Made by a program: the position numbers and the translations under genes | The notes under the pieces: generated by a model | What the model saw: only the letters and a program-made list of their open reading frames with translations | Databases searched by the model: none | Told to the model about the DNA's origin: nothing | DNA from: Bacteroidota bacterium | GTDB lineage: Bacteria; Bacteroidota; Bacteroidia; JACCXN01 | Direction: 5' to 3' | DNA length: 64,000 bases | Assembly (NCBI GenBank): GCA_013696965.1 | Contig: JACCXN010000083.1 | Coordinates: 30,363-94,362 of the forward strand | In this document: positions 31,095 through 42,300 of the stretch, one piece after another | Layout: every line of letters begins with the position of its first letter | How positions within the stretch are numbered: position 1 is the first letter of the stretch

Positions 31095-31853
31095 TTGCAG
31101 AAAATGAAAATGTTTAAAAACGATGTATTCGGTCATTCAAACCTTATTAAGCGGTTTATTTTTTTTATAGTAGGAATCGCTACCTACCCTCGTTTTATGC
31201 TTTTAAATAAAATGAGGATTGAAGGAACCGAACACCTTAAAGACCTTCCAAAAACGAATGTTTTATTTGTTTCAAATCATCAGACATATTTTGCCGATGT
31301 AATTGCTTTTAACCATGTATTTAGTAGTACCAAATGGGGCTTTAAGAACAGTATCAGAAACCCTGTTTATTTGCTGAACCCTCGAATAAATACTTATTAT
31401 GTAGCCGCCAGAGAAACTATGAAGGCAGGTATTCTTCCCAAAATCTTTGAATATGCTGGCTCAATTTCCATTAACAGAACATGGCGCGAAGCAGGCAAGG
31501 ATATTAACCGTAAGGTAGATATTAGCGATATAACAAAAATTGGCGAGGCACTTTCTGAAGGCTGGGTTGTTACTTTCCCACAAGGCACTACCACACCCTA
31601 TGCTCCTGGGAGAAGAGGCTCAACCTTGATTATAAAGAAATTCTCTCCCATTGTTGTTCCGGTTATAATCAATGGTTTTAGAAGGGCGTTTGATAAAAAA
31701 GGATTGAAACTTAAAAAAACCGGGGTTGAACTAAGTATATGTTTTAAAGCACCCATTGTTTTAGATCCAAATGAAGATGCTGCCATCCTCTTAAATAAAA
31801 TGATGCAAGCCATTGAACAAAGCCAGGAGTTTCAAAATAAAGCATCCCAATAA
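31095..31853 (+). CDS. Lysophospholipid acyltransferase (PlsC family)
   Basis: HxxxxD motif SNHQTYFAD; FPQGT; PIVVPV. Confidence 0.88.
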   Translation: MQKMKMFKNDVFGHSNLIKRFIFFIVGIATYPRFMLLNKMRIEGTEHLKDLPKTNVLFVSNHQTYFADVIAFNHVFSSTKWGFKNSIRNPVYLLNPRINTYYVAARETMKAGILPKIFEYAGSISINRTWREAGKDINRKVDISDITKIGEALSEGWVVTFPQGTTTPYAPGRRGSTLIIKKFSPIVVPVIINGFRRAFDKKGLKLKKTGVELSICFKAPIVLDPNEDAAILLNKMMQAIEQSQEFQNKASQ

Positions 31854-31889
31854 AATGCATAAAATCTTTTCTGCCTTTTTTGAAAAGCA

Positions 31890-33128
31890 ATGAATCTGCG
31901 TAGCACTTTTTTTTCTAAACAAGCATATGAAGTTTTTGAATTTCCTGATTTCAGACGTTTTATTGCTGCAAGAATATTACTTACACTGGCAGTACAAATT
32001 CAAAATGTTACTTTGTATTGGCAGGTTTTTGCAATCACTGGCGATCCGCTTTCCTTGGGTTTAATTGGACTTTCCGAAGCCCTTCCTGCCCTTGCTGTTG
32101 CTTTGTATGCAGGACATCTTGCGGATAAATATGATCGTAAAAAAATTGCTTTTTTTTCTTTATTGTTGTTTATTGTTACATCCTTTTTCCTTTTTTTATT
32201 TGCTGCTGAAGTAATCCTGGTTAAGTCTACTTTTCCTATTTATTTAGTAGTATTTATAAGCGGTTTGGCAAGGGGTTTTTACCGTCCAGCTAGTTTTGCT
32301 TTAATGACTCAACTTGTTCCCAGGAAACTTTATCCAAAATCGGCAGCCTGGAATAGCACCTTTTGGCAGGCTTCCAGTGTTTTAGGTGCTGCAACAGGAG
32401 GTGTTTTAATTGGTTTTGCAGGAATTTCAAGTAGCTTTTTTACTGCCTTTGCACTAATAGCCGCAGGTGCCTTTTTAATACTCTTAATTAAATCAAAAAC
32501 AATATTTGAAGATAAAGCAAAAATCCCCCTGTTACAAAGTCTGACAAGCGGTGTTAAATTTGTATTCAGTAATCAGGTCATTTTTAGTGCCATGACTCTT
32601 GATCTTGTAGCTGTTTTATTTGGAGGAGCAATTGCTTTATTGCCTGTTTTTGCGAGTGACATTTTATTCGTTGGACCTATAGAATTCGGTTTTCTAAATG
32701 CTGCGCCAGCTGCAGGGGCTATTATTACTGCTTTATTCCTTGCATATAAGCCGCCTGTGAAAAAGGCGGGAATGTATTTAATATTTTCTGTTGGTGGATT
32801 TGGATTGTGCATGATTTTATTTGCCTTGTCCACAAACTTTTATATTTCCTTAATTATTCTTGCCTTTAGCGGATTGTTCGATAGTATAAGTGTAGTTGTT
32901 CGCTCAACTATAATGCAGCTTTTAACTCCTGATCACATGCGGGGGAGGGTTTCAGCCGTAAACACTATGTTTATTGGTTCTTCCAATGAGCTGGGAGCTT
33001 TTGAATCTGGAGTTATGGCCAAACTTATTGGTCTTGTGCCTTCGGTTGTTCTGGGGGGAGGAATTGCTGTTGTTTCAGCCTTAGGTTCCTACAAACTCGC
33101 ACCAAAGTTAAGGAACCTGTCTTTTTAA
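31890..33128 (+). CDS. MFS transporter (DHA3/EntS-like)
   Basis: About 12 TM helices; G.LAD.YDRK motif A; TPD.MRGRV. Confidence 0.9.
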   Translation: MNLRSTFFSKQAYEVFEFPDFRRFIAARILLTLAVQIQNVTLYWQVFAITGDPLSLGLIGLSEALPALAVALYAGHLADKYDRKKIAFFSLLLFIVTSFFLFLFAAEVILVKSTFPIYLVVFISGLARGFYRPASFALMTQLVPRKLYPKSAAWNSTFWQASSVLGAATGGVLIGFAGISSSFFTAFALIAAGAFLILLIKSKTIFEDKAKIPLLQSLTSGVKFVFSNQVIFSAMTLDLVAVLFGGAIALLPVFASDILFVGPIEFGFLNAAPAAGAIITALFLAYKPPVKKAGMYLIFSVGGFGLCMILFALSTNFYISLIILAFSGLFDSISVVVRSTIMQLLTPDHMRGRVSAVNTMFIGSSNELGAFESGVMAKLIGLVPSVVLGGGIAVVSALGSYKLAPKLRNLSF

Positions 33129-33351
33129 AACATATGCTTTTACTATAATTATAGGTGAAAAAAAACATTAACTCGAATCTTATATAAATAAAATGCTGGG
33201 ATTCTTGGTATTATTGTTTTCCCACTTGTTTTTAATTGTGCGTTTTATATTAAAAAGATCATGAAAACTTTATTTTTTTAATATAAATCCCTAACTTTAC
33301 CTTTTAAAAGAAAAATTAATATAAAAATAAACTAAAAATAAACTAAACGTT

Positions 33352-34665
33352 ATGATGAAAAAATTACTATTGAGTTCAGCTTTAATAGCTTCGGGCATTG
33401 TTGTTAATGCTCAGTGGGTTTCGCAGGCAACTGGATTTGCTGCCCCCTCAAGAGGCATTACTAATATTTCTATTGTTGATCCTTCTATTGTTTGGGCTTC
33501 TGCTTATGATGGATCTGGTGGAACCGCAAAAATTCAGGAATTTACCCGCACCATTGATGGCGGTGCAAATTGGACTCCAGGATTTATCAATAATGCTTCT
33601 CAATTAGAAATTTCTAACCTTTTTGCCATCAGTGCGGATATTGCCTGGGTTTCTATGCATGGTGGAAATAGTGGTGGAGGAAGAATTTTAAAAACAACAG
33701 ACGGTGGTTTAAACTGGGTTCACCAAACAACTGCTACCTTTACTGCACCTGTTGGTTTTCCTAATGTGGTTTATTTCTTTGATGAAGATAATGGCGTTGC
33801 ACTTGGAGATCCAAGAGGGGGTTATTATGAATTTTATACTACAACCAATGGTGGTGATTTATGGACAAGAGTACCATCACTAAATATCCCAGCTCCTTCA
33901 TCTGCTAATGAGTATGGAATTGTAAACAGATATTCAGTTGTAGGTAATACTATATGGTATGGAACAAATGAAGGACGGGTATATAAATCAGTAGATATGG
34001 GATATACCTGGACAGTTGCAGCAACAGGATTAAGTGAAATTAGCAGGGTTATTTTTAAGGATGCTGACAATGGATTGTTTATAGATGGTGTAGACATTGC
34101 AAGTTCAAGTGATGGCGGAGCTACATGGAGCCCTTTATTCTATTCAGGAGATTTCCTTGAAGGAGATATTGCTTATGCAACTGGTGTAACTGGAAGCATG
34201 TATATCAGCACAAGTGCTGCTCAGGGAGCCTCTGGATCATCTTACAGTTTAGATGATGGATTAACCTGGACTTTGATTGATGGGATTCAGCATACTTGTG
34301 TTGCCTTTTATGATAACCTTACTGGTTGGTCAGGCAGTTTCAATACCAATTCTACAGAGAATGGAATATTGGTATGGAATGAGGTTGCTTTGGGTGTAAT
34401 TACAGCACAAAATGATAAAGCAATTGGTTTTTACCCTAACCCAAACAATGGTGTGTTTTCTATTTCATTAAAAGGAAAACAATCGGGTCAAACTACTGTT
34501 ACTGTTTTTGATGTAATGGGTCGTAATATCTATAGCTCATCAGAAAATTATGCAGGTGATTCTTTCGTAAAAACAATGGATATTTCTTCCTTTCCTGGTG
34601 GAGTATATTTTGTTGAAGTGAAAGATGCCACTCAAACATATACAGGTAAGATAGTAAAGCAATAA
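33352..34665 (+). CDS. T9SS type A cargo with Asp-box (BNR) beta-propeller
   Basis: Signal peptide ending AQ; six Asp-boxes (RTIDGGANW, KTTDGGLNW, TTTNGGDLW, KSVDMGYTW, SSSDGGATW, YSLDDGLTW); CTD YPNP...GVYFVEV...KIVKQ. Confidence 0.88.
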   Translation: MMKKLLLSSALIASGIVVNAQWVSQATGFAAPSRGITNISIVDPSIVWASAYDGSGGTAKIQEFTRTIDGGANWTPGFINNASQLEISNLFAISADIAWVSMHGGNSGGGRILKTTDGGLNWVHQTTATFTAPVGFPNVVYFFDEDNGVALGDPRGGYYEFYTTTNGGDLWTRVPSLNIPAPSSANEYGIVNRYSVVGNTIWYGTNEGRVYKSVDMGYTWTVAATGLSEISRVIFKDADNGLFIDGVDIASSSDGGATWSPLFYSGDFLEGDIAYATGVTGSMYISTSAAQGASGSSYSLDDGLTWTLIDGIQHTCVAFYDNLTGWSGSFNTNSTENGILVWNEVALGVITAQNDKAIGFYPNPNNGVFSISLKGKQSGQTTVTVFDVMGRNIYSSSENYAGDSFVKTMDISSFPGGVYFVEVKDATQTYTGKIVKQ

Positions 34666-34734
34666 TTATTTATTGAAAAATGGCCTTGTTCAGTAAATGA
34701 ACAAAAAAAAGGACAATTTTACTACCTAATTATT

Positions 34735-34770
34735 AACGTCCCCCTAAATCCAAGGATTTAGGGGGACGTT
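34735..34770 (+). terminator. Perfect 17-bp GC-rich inverted repeat with T tail
   Basis: AACGTCCCCCTAAATCC-AA-GGATTTAGGGGGACGTT followed by a T run. Confidence 0.8.
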
Positions 34771-34907
34771 TTTTTTATTTGCAGAGAAAAAGCAATAAAT
34801 AGTAAACTTTATTCATAAATTATATACATTATTGTTCAATTCTACCAAAAATTCATACTTTTACCTCTGTTAATCATTGTTATCCATCAATAAACATATA
34901 TTATATT

Positions 34908-36437
34908 TTGAAAGCACTGGTATCTCTAATTTCTTTGGTAATTATTTCTTTTAAATCAATGGCACAAGCAGAAGCGGAAAAATTAACAATTAGCTTCAGC
35001 GAAAGAATTGATCATTTTTTTCAACCAATAGTTGAAGCAATGGCCTCGGTTTTATTTTGGGATCCTTTTGCTTTTTTAGGATTTGATTTTGGTGTTGACA
35101 TACCCCTGGTAGTACTTTGGTTGGTTGTTGGAGCAGTTTACTTTACCCTAAAAATGAATTTTATTAATTTCAGAGGAGTAAGGCATGCAGTTGCCCTGGT
35201 AATGGGTAAATATGACAATCCCAAGGATAAAGGAGAAGTTTCTCACTTTCAGGCATTGGCTACTGCACTTTCTGCAACTGTTGGTCTTGGTAATATTGCA
35301 GGGGTTGCCGTTGCTATTAGTCTGGGAGGCCCGGGAGCAACTTTTTGGATGATTGTAGCCGGATTATTGGGCATGTCATCAAAATTCGTTGAATGTACAT
35401 TAGGGGTAAAATATAGAATTATTAACAAAGATGGTGTTGTTTCCGGAGGCCCGATGTATTATTTAAGCACCGCACTAAAGGAAAAAAACATGGGAGGATT
35501 GGGTAAAGTTCTTGCAGTTGTTTTTGCCGTATTGTGTATAGGTGGCTCATTTGGAGGCGGAAATATGTTTCAGGCCAACCAGGCTTTTTCTCAACTTACA
35601 ACTGTTTTGCCATTTATAGAAGGAAGAGGTTGGGCTTTTGGTGTTATTCTGGCTATCCTGGTAGGTGTTGTTATTATTGGAGGAATAAAAAGCATTGCTA
35701 AGGTTACCGAAAAAATTGTTCCACTAATGTGTGGTTTTTATGTTGCTGTTGCCCTGCTCATTATTATTATTAACATCTCAGAGGTAGGCAATGCACTGTT
35801 TATTATTTTCGATGGAGCATTTGACCCTGATGCAATCAAAGGAGGTGTAGTAGGCGTTTTAATTATTGGTTTTAAAAGGGCTGCATTTTCAAATGAAGCG
35901 GGTGTGGGTTCTGCCTCTATTGCGCATTCAGCGGCAAAAACAGACGAACCCGTAAGTGAAGGAATTGTTGCCTTGCTAGAACCCTTTATTGATACTGTTG
36001 TAATTTGTACCATGACAGCTCTTGTTATTATTTTCACAGGGGCTTATACCAATCCAGAGGGGCTAGAGGGAACCCAGTTAACCTCCAGTGCTTTTGCATC
36101 TGTATTCCCTTGGTTTCCATACCTTCTTGTTGTGGCTATTTTCTTGTTTGCCTTTTCAACCATGATTTCCTGGTCATATTATGGCTTAAAGGCTTGGGCT
36201 TATTTGTTTGGAAGTTCTAAAGGTTCTGAATTCACCTATAAGGGAATTTTTTTAGTGTTTATTGTTATTGGGGCTGCCGCCAACTTAGGTTCTGTTATTG
36301 AATTTTCTGATCTTATGATTCTTGGAATGGCTTTTCCTAATATTCTTGGATTGATCATCTTATCTCCCATGGTTAAAAAGGATCTTGTAAGTTATTTTGC
36401 TAGGCTAAAGAGCGGAGAAATTAAAAAATACAAGTAG
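34908..36437 (+). CDS. Alanine/glycine:cation symporter (AGCS family)
   Basis: [61 protein letters not shown]; TTG start. Confidence 0.92.
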   Translation: MKALVSLISLVIISFKSMAQAEAEKLTISFSERIDHFFQPIVEAMASVLFWDPFAFLGFDFGVDIPLVVLWLVVGAVYFTLKMNFINFRGVRHAVALVMGKYDNPKDKGEVSHFQALATALSATVGLGNIAGVAVAISLGGPGATFWMIVAGLLGMSSKFVECTLGVKYRIINKDGVVSGGPMYYLSTALKEKNMGGLGKVLAVVFAVLCIGGSFGGGNMFQANQAFSQLTTVLPFIEGRGWAFGVILAILVGVVIIGGIKSIAKVTEKIVPLMCGFYVAVALLIIIINISEVGNALFIIFDGAFDPDAIKGGVVGVLIIGFKRAAFSNEAGVGSASIAHSAAKTDEPVSEGIVALLEPFIDTVVICTMTALVIIFTGAYTNPEGLEGTQLTSSAFASVFPWFPYLLVVAIFLFAFSTMISWSYYGLKAWAYLFGSSKGSEFTYKGIFLVFIVIGAAANLGSVIEFSDLMILGMAFPNILGLIILSPMVKKDLVSYFARLKSGEIKKYK

Positions 36438-36483
36438 AACTTTCCTGATTGTTTTTGTTGCAACAATTGTTTAAATTGTTGTA

Positions 36484-37425
36484 ATGAAACAATTTTTCCT
36501 TGATTATTTCACTTTTAATAAAATAGAGCGCAATGGAGTATTTATCCTTTGTTCTATCATTTTACTATTGTTGTTTTTTGATACGATAGTTTCCCTTGTT
36601 ATTCCGCATGAAAATATCAATTATGCAGAATTTGAAACTGAAATTGATGCCTTTCTTGAACAAAAGCCAAAATACAGTCCTTATTCAAAAGTGAATAAGC
36701 AAGATGTTTCTAGCACTTCAAAAAATGCATTGAATCCTGCCGTTTTTTTTATGTTTGATCCTAATAACACTTCTGAAAAACAATGGCAGAGTCTGGGCCT
36801 GAGCCAAAAACAATATTCCACTTTGAATAATTATCTATTAAAAGGAGGTAAATTTTATAAAAAAGAGGATTTGAAGAAAATATATGGAATAAGCAATGCA
36901 CAGTATTTGTTGTTGGAACCATTTATCCGAATTGAAAACCAGCAAAAGCAAAATGATTTTTTTTCAAACAAGGAAAAGCCAGAAATGAAAAATGAAGAAC
37001 TTGAAAAAAATGATATTCCTGCATTGTTAATAAATTTAAATAAATCGGACACATCAGATTTAATGAAATTACAGGGGATTGGGCCTATCTATTCATTACG
37101 GATAATAAAATACAGAAATGCTCTTGGCGGATTTCGGGATATTAATCAGCTTTTGGAAGTTTATGATTTTACAAAAGAACTCGTTGAAAGTATAAAACCT
37201 TATATTGTTATAGATACAGCAGCGGTAAAAAAAATAAATATTAATACCTGTTTGGCATCCGATTTAAAAAGGCATCCCTATATAAACAACTGGAATATAA
37301 CAAATTCAATTGTTAATTATCGTGATCAGCATGGTAGCTATAAAACCATAGAAGATATTAAAAAATCAGATTTGGTAAATGATGAATTATACCTTAAACT
37401 TGCACCTTATTTGAGTATTGAATAA
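36484..37425 (+). CDS. ComEA-like helix-hairpin-helix DNA-binding protein
   Basis: N-terminal TM helix; FDPN...W..LGL; HhH motifs LQGIGP....RIIKYR..LGGF and ININT...L..HPY. Confidence 0.85.
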   Translation: MKQFFLDYFTFNKIERNGVFILCSIILLLLFFDTIVSLVIPHENINYAEFETEIDAFLEQKPKYSPYSKVNKQDVSSTSKNALNPAVFFMFDPNNTSEKQWQSLGLSQKQYSTLNNYLLKGGKFYKKEDLKKIYGISNAQYLLLEPFIRIENQQKQNDFFSNKEKPEMKNEELEKNDIPALLINLNKSDTSDLMKLQGIGPIYSLRIIKYRNALGGFRDINQLLEVYDFTKELVESIKPYIVIDTAAVKKININTCLASDLKRHPYINNWNITNSIVNYRDQHGSYKTIEDIKKSDLVNDELYLKLAPYLSIE

Positions 37426-37440
37426 CTTGTAAAGAGTTTA

Positions 37441-37974
37441 ATGATCACACAAAAGATTAAATCCGTAATAAGAGATATTCCTGATTTTCCAAAACCTGGT
37501 ATTTTATTCAAGGATATTACTCCGATTTTACTTGATGCTGAACTTTGCACTGAAATTGTGAATGAATTTATTTCCAAATCAGGAAATTCATTGCCTGATG
37601 CAATAATTGGTGTCGAAAGCAGAGGGTTTTTCTTTGGAATGATGCTTGCCTCAAAATTAAACATTCCATTTATACCTGTTAGAAAAGCAGGCAAGCTTCC
37701 TTATAAGACCATTTCCCATGAATATGACCTTGAGTACGGTTCTTCAAAAATTGAAATGCATACTGGCGTTATTCAAAAGGGTTGGAATGTGTTAATTCAC
37801 GATGATTTATTGGCAACAGGAGGTACTGCAGCAGCAGCTGCTGAACTTGTTGTAAAACAACATGCAAAGGTTTCCGGTTTTCTTTTTCTTGTTGAACTGG
37901 ATTTTTTAAATGGAAGAAAAGGCCTTGACAAATATGCTGCAGACAATAAAATTATTAGCTTAATAAATTACTGA
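37441..37974 (+). CDS. apt: Adenine phosphoribosyltransferase
   Basis: IPDFPKPGILFKDIT, GVESRGF, RKAGKLP, YDLEYG, VLIHDDLLATGGT. Confidence 0.95.
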   Translation: MITQKIKSVIRDIPDFPKPGILFKDITPILLDAELCTEIVNEFISKSGNSLPDAIIGVESRGFFFGMMLASKLNIPFIPVRKAGKLPYKTISHEYDLEYGSSKIEMHTGVIQKGWNVLIHDDLLATGGTAAAAAELVVKQHAKVSGFLFLVELDFLNGRKGLDKYAADNKIISLINY

Positions 37975-38034
37975 AAATAATCAGTCATAAATAAAAGTGC
38001 TTTTAAAAGAGTAATAAATTAAAAAATTGAAGTA

Positions 38035-39177
38035 ATGGATTTTGAATTAAATGAAAATCAAAAAATGATTGCCGGAATGATTAAGGATTTTGGCGATAAA
38101 CACATTCGGCCAAAGATGATGGAGTGGGACGAATCACAGGAATTCCCGGTAGAAGTATTCAAAAAACTTGGCGAACTAGGTTTAATGGGGGTATTGGTTC
38201 CAACTCAATACGGTGGTTCAGGTTTTAGTTATACAGAATACGTAACAGCAATTACTGAACTTTCCAGGATCTGTGGCTCTATTGGTCTTTCAATGGCTGC
38301 TCATAATTCACTTTGCACAGGCCATATCCTTGCCTTTGGCAATGAGGAGCAAAAGCAGAGATGGCTTCCTAAATTAGCAACTGCCGAATGGATTGGAGCA
38401 TGGGGCCTTACTGAAACAGGAACAGGATCAGATGCGGGCGGAATGAATACCACTGCTGTACAGGACGGGGATTATTGGGTAATTAATGGAAGCAAGAATT
38501 TTATTACGCACGCTATTTCCGGCAATGTGGCCGTAGTAATTGTGAGAACCGGTGAAAAAGGAGATTCGCATGGTATGACCACTTTTGTTATAGAAAAAGG
38601 AACAGAAGGTTTTGGATCAGGAAAGAAAGAGAATAAATTGGGAATGCGCGCTTCTGAAACTGCCGAATTAATTTTTGATAATTGCAGAGTTCATAAGGAC
38701 AATATGCTAGGAAAGCCAGGGGAAGGATTTATTCAGGCAATGAAAGTGCTCGATGGCGGTCGTATTTCAATTGCTTCTCTTGCGCTTGGAATTGCCAAGG
38801 GAGCTTTTGATGCTTCAGTTAAATACTCAAAAGAACGCTTTCAATTCGGCCAGGCGATTTCCAGCTTCCAGGGAATAGCATTTAAAATTGCAGATATGGC
38901 AACTGAAATTGAAGCTGCTGAATTACTTACTTTCCAGGCAGCAGACTTGAAAAACAGGGGATTGAAAGTAACAAGGCAATCTGCTTTTGCCAAATATTAT
39001 GCTTCTGAAGTTTCTGTAAGGGTTTCTACCGATGCAGTTCAAATTTTTGGTGGTTATGGATATACAAAGGATTTTCCAGTTGAAAAGTTTTACCGCGATT
39101 CCAAACTTTGTACAATAGGTGAGGGAACTTCTGAAATCCAAAAATTGGTTATTGCCAAGGATATTCTGAAAGATTAA
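38035..39177 (+). CDS. Acyl-CoA dehydrogenase (short/branched-chain type)
   Basis: [52 protein letters not shown]. Confidence 0.93.
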   Translation: MDFELNENQKMIAGMIKDFGDKHIRPKMMEWDESQEFPVEVFKKLGELGLMGVLVPTQYGGSGFSYTEYVTAITELSRICGSIGLSMAAHNSLCTGHILAFGNEEQKQRWLPKLATAEWIGAWGLTETGTGSDAGGMNTTAVQDGDYWVINGSKNFITHAISGNVAVVIVRTGEKGDSHGMTTFVIEKGTEGFGSGKKENKLGMRASETAELIFDNCRVHKDNMLGKPGEGFIQAMKVLDGGRISIASLALGIAKGAFDASVKYSKERFQFGQAISSFQGIAFKIADMATEIEAAELLTFQAADLKNRGLKVTRQSAFAKYYASEVSVRVSTDAVQIFGGYGYTKDFPVEKFYRDSKLCTIGEGTSEIQKLVIAKDILKD

Positions 39178-39190
39178 TTTAATAAACTGT

Positions 39191-39240
39191 AATAAAAAAA
39201 GCCGTTTCAAAAGTGAAATTTTGAAACGGCTTTTTTTATT
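39191..39240. terminator. Bidirectional terminator, perfect 22-bp stem
   Basis: AATAAAAAAAGCCGTTTCAAAA-GTGAAA-TTTTGAAACGGCTTTTTTTATT between convergent genes. Confidence 0.85.
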
Positions 39241-39356
39241 ATTTTAATTCTTAGTTTAGACCTAGCATTAGCTAAATTATATAGCGCTGGGCGTTGTTCT
39301 CAACTAGGACCGGGATACCCGGGGTTCACCAATTACCTGAATGTATTAATTTGGGG

Positions 39357-42300
39357 CTATCTGAGCAGATGAAAAAATGCATTGGAAGAATCGATTTGGC
39401 CTTCAAAGGTTACTCCACTAAATTCAATAAAGTAAACGCCTTCGGGTGCTTGGTTTCCATTAAAAAGTGTTCCATCCCAACTGTTGGCCTGTAAATTTAA
39501 TTCGGCAATTAGTGTTCCCCAACGGTTGAATATTTTCAAATCGAATTCTGAATACCCCTTACTATCAAAAGTAAAGAAATCGTTTTTTTTATCTCCGTTA
39601 GGAGTAAACACATTGGGAAACGTTGCATTGCATGGAATGTAACTTATTTCTATACTGTCCATGGCTGCACACCCTGCCGAATCAGAAACCCAAACAAAAT
39701 AAACTCCGGAAGATCCAACATTAAAAGAATTGGAGCTTGAATAGTCCTGCCAGAAGTACTGGGCAAAATTATTTGCGGGTTCTAATAATAAAGTTTCCCC
39801 GTTACAAATTATAGTGTCATTACCCAATGAAACAATGGGAGCTATATAAACCTGCACTAATATGCTGTCTGTAATACTGCAATTCCCTACATTTGTATTG
39901 AGTATATAATATCCTGAATTGAAAGTAGATGGCAACCCAATTAAATCAGAACTGTTTGTGGATTGGAAACCCAAAGGTCCTGTCCACTGATAATTTTGTC
40001 CGTTATAGTGCGATGAATATAAATATAACGTATCATTTGTACATACCGGATCATTTGAAAAAGGATATGGATTTTCCGGACCAGGCATAATCTCTACCAA
40101 TAATGTGTCGGGTACACTAGCACAGCCATTTACTTGGGCCGTAACATAATAGGTGAACCAGCCACTTGTTTGTGAAGTAAAATAAACGGTTTGCCCGGTA
40201 TCAACCAAATTTAATCCATTCCATATTAATTGAGAATTGGCAGGACCTGTTGCACTTAATACCAGCGTATCGTTCATGCAAACAGGAGAATTTGATTGAG
40301 CATTGGGAGCTTCAGGCAAAGGGAAAACAGTTAATGTTGCGTTTACTGAATTGCCAATGCAACCGTTAACAGAGGCATATACGGAATAGGTTCCAGCGTA
40401 AGAACTGTTTGCATTTGGAATTATAAGTGGATTTTGATTAGAGGTAATTGTCATGGGCCCTGACCAGTGATAAATAGCTCCTGTTAAACTGTCTGTAATT
40501 ATTATCAAAGGTGATCCATCACAACTTGCAACTATAATAATTGTATCTAATAGGGGCAGAGGAACAACATCAATTTCAATGCTGGAGACCTGGCTAAAAC
40601 ATCCATTTGCCACTACAATTAACTCATAAGTTCCGTTATAGGTAGTATCAGAATTAAGAATCGTAAATGGATTTCCCTGGTAGGAAATACCAAAAGGGTC
40701 ATACCAAATAAACACCGAAGGAAGGGAGGCCTGGCCGGTTAAAATAATCGAACTACCTTGGCAAATTGGAGTGTTAACAGAAATGTTGGTTATAAGGGGA
40801 GTAGGCTGTACATTAACCATCAGATATGCTTCTTGTGATTGGCAACCATCTAAGGTTACTGTAGCGGTATAATTGCCTGCCAGAGCCGGGTAAATAAATG
40901 GGTTCTGAAGATTTGAAGTAAAAGATTGAACTCCATTCCAGTTATATTGAGCATTAAAAAGGAATGTGGCATTTAAAAACAAGGTGTCGTATTCACAAAG
41001 GGGAGAATTGTAGGAAAGGGCTGGTGCAGGGGGCTGAGCCAAAACAGTAACTTCTATACTGTCCTTAACAGGTGGACAGCCTGGAAAAGAAACTTCAAGA
41101 TAATAGAAACCTGAACTTTGAATTGAAGCAATCAATGAAGGACTAATAAAAGTGGAGGAAAAGTTTCCTGGCCCTGTCCATGAATAACTTCCATTTAGTG
41201 TGTCTGCATAAAGAAATAATGAATCCCCCTGACATACCACCCCACTATTGTTTAAATTCAAAACAGGCATGGCATCGAATTCTATGTATAAAGTGGACAT
41301 TGGGCTTTGACAAACTCCATCGCCAATAATAAGGGAATAAGTGCCTTGGTTGGTTGAGTTAACGTTTGTAATAGTGGGGTTTTGTAATGCGGATGAAAAA
41401 TTGTCGGGTCCAATCCATTGGTAGATTCCGTTAATTATTCCAGGAGTTGTCAATTCTAATGTGCCACCCACACATACAGGATTATTAAAGGATAACTGGG
41501 GAGCAAGCGATGCTATACTCATAAAAACATTTACTTGAAGGGGAATACTTGAACAGGAGAAATCAGTGGAGGTAACGAAGTAGGATGTATCAGAATAAAG
41601 TGGATTGGTTGTAAATGCATTGGACATTGCTAATAGGTTCCCTCCCGGAGCGTCAAGCCATTGGATTGGATTAGATGAACTGGCATTTAAAGTAACTGAA
41701 TTGCCATGGCATATTGTGGTATCACTTGCGGTGGGAGCATTAACCTCAGGATGAAAATTCACAGAAACAAAAGCAGAGGTATCCTTGCAACCATAAAAAT
41801 CAGTGACCACAACATTGTAGGCCCCGGGGTTATTAACTACTATTATTTGGGTGGCTTGCCCTCCGGGTTGCCATTCATACGTGGTCATCCCGGAATTGGC
41901 ATAAAGGGTTACGGAATCTCCAGCGCAAAGGGTACCGGTTTGGGAAGCAGTAATGAGTGCTTCCACAGGAGAGATTATAATATTTGCAGAAACAGAGGTG
42001 GGAATATTACAAGAAGTAACCACGCAGGTATAAGTTCCGGGTTGGTATATCCATTGAATGGAATCAGAACCAAAAAGGGGAGCACTCCACTGGTATATTC
42101 CAAAAGTGGAGGAAAAGACCTCTAATTGTATGCTGTCACCAGGGCAAAGTATCCCATGAGGAGTAATTTCCAGGAAAGGCGTTGTGTAATTCCTCACTTC
42201 AAAAGTGTTTGAGACCCGCTGGCAAGAGTCATTATCTGTTACAAGGCAATAGTAAAAACCTGCAATATTCACATAAACCGATTGCAGGGTATCATAATTC

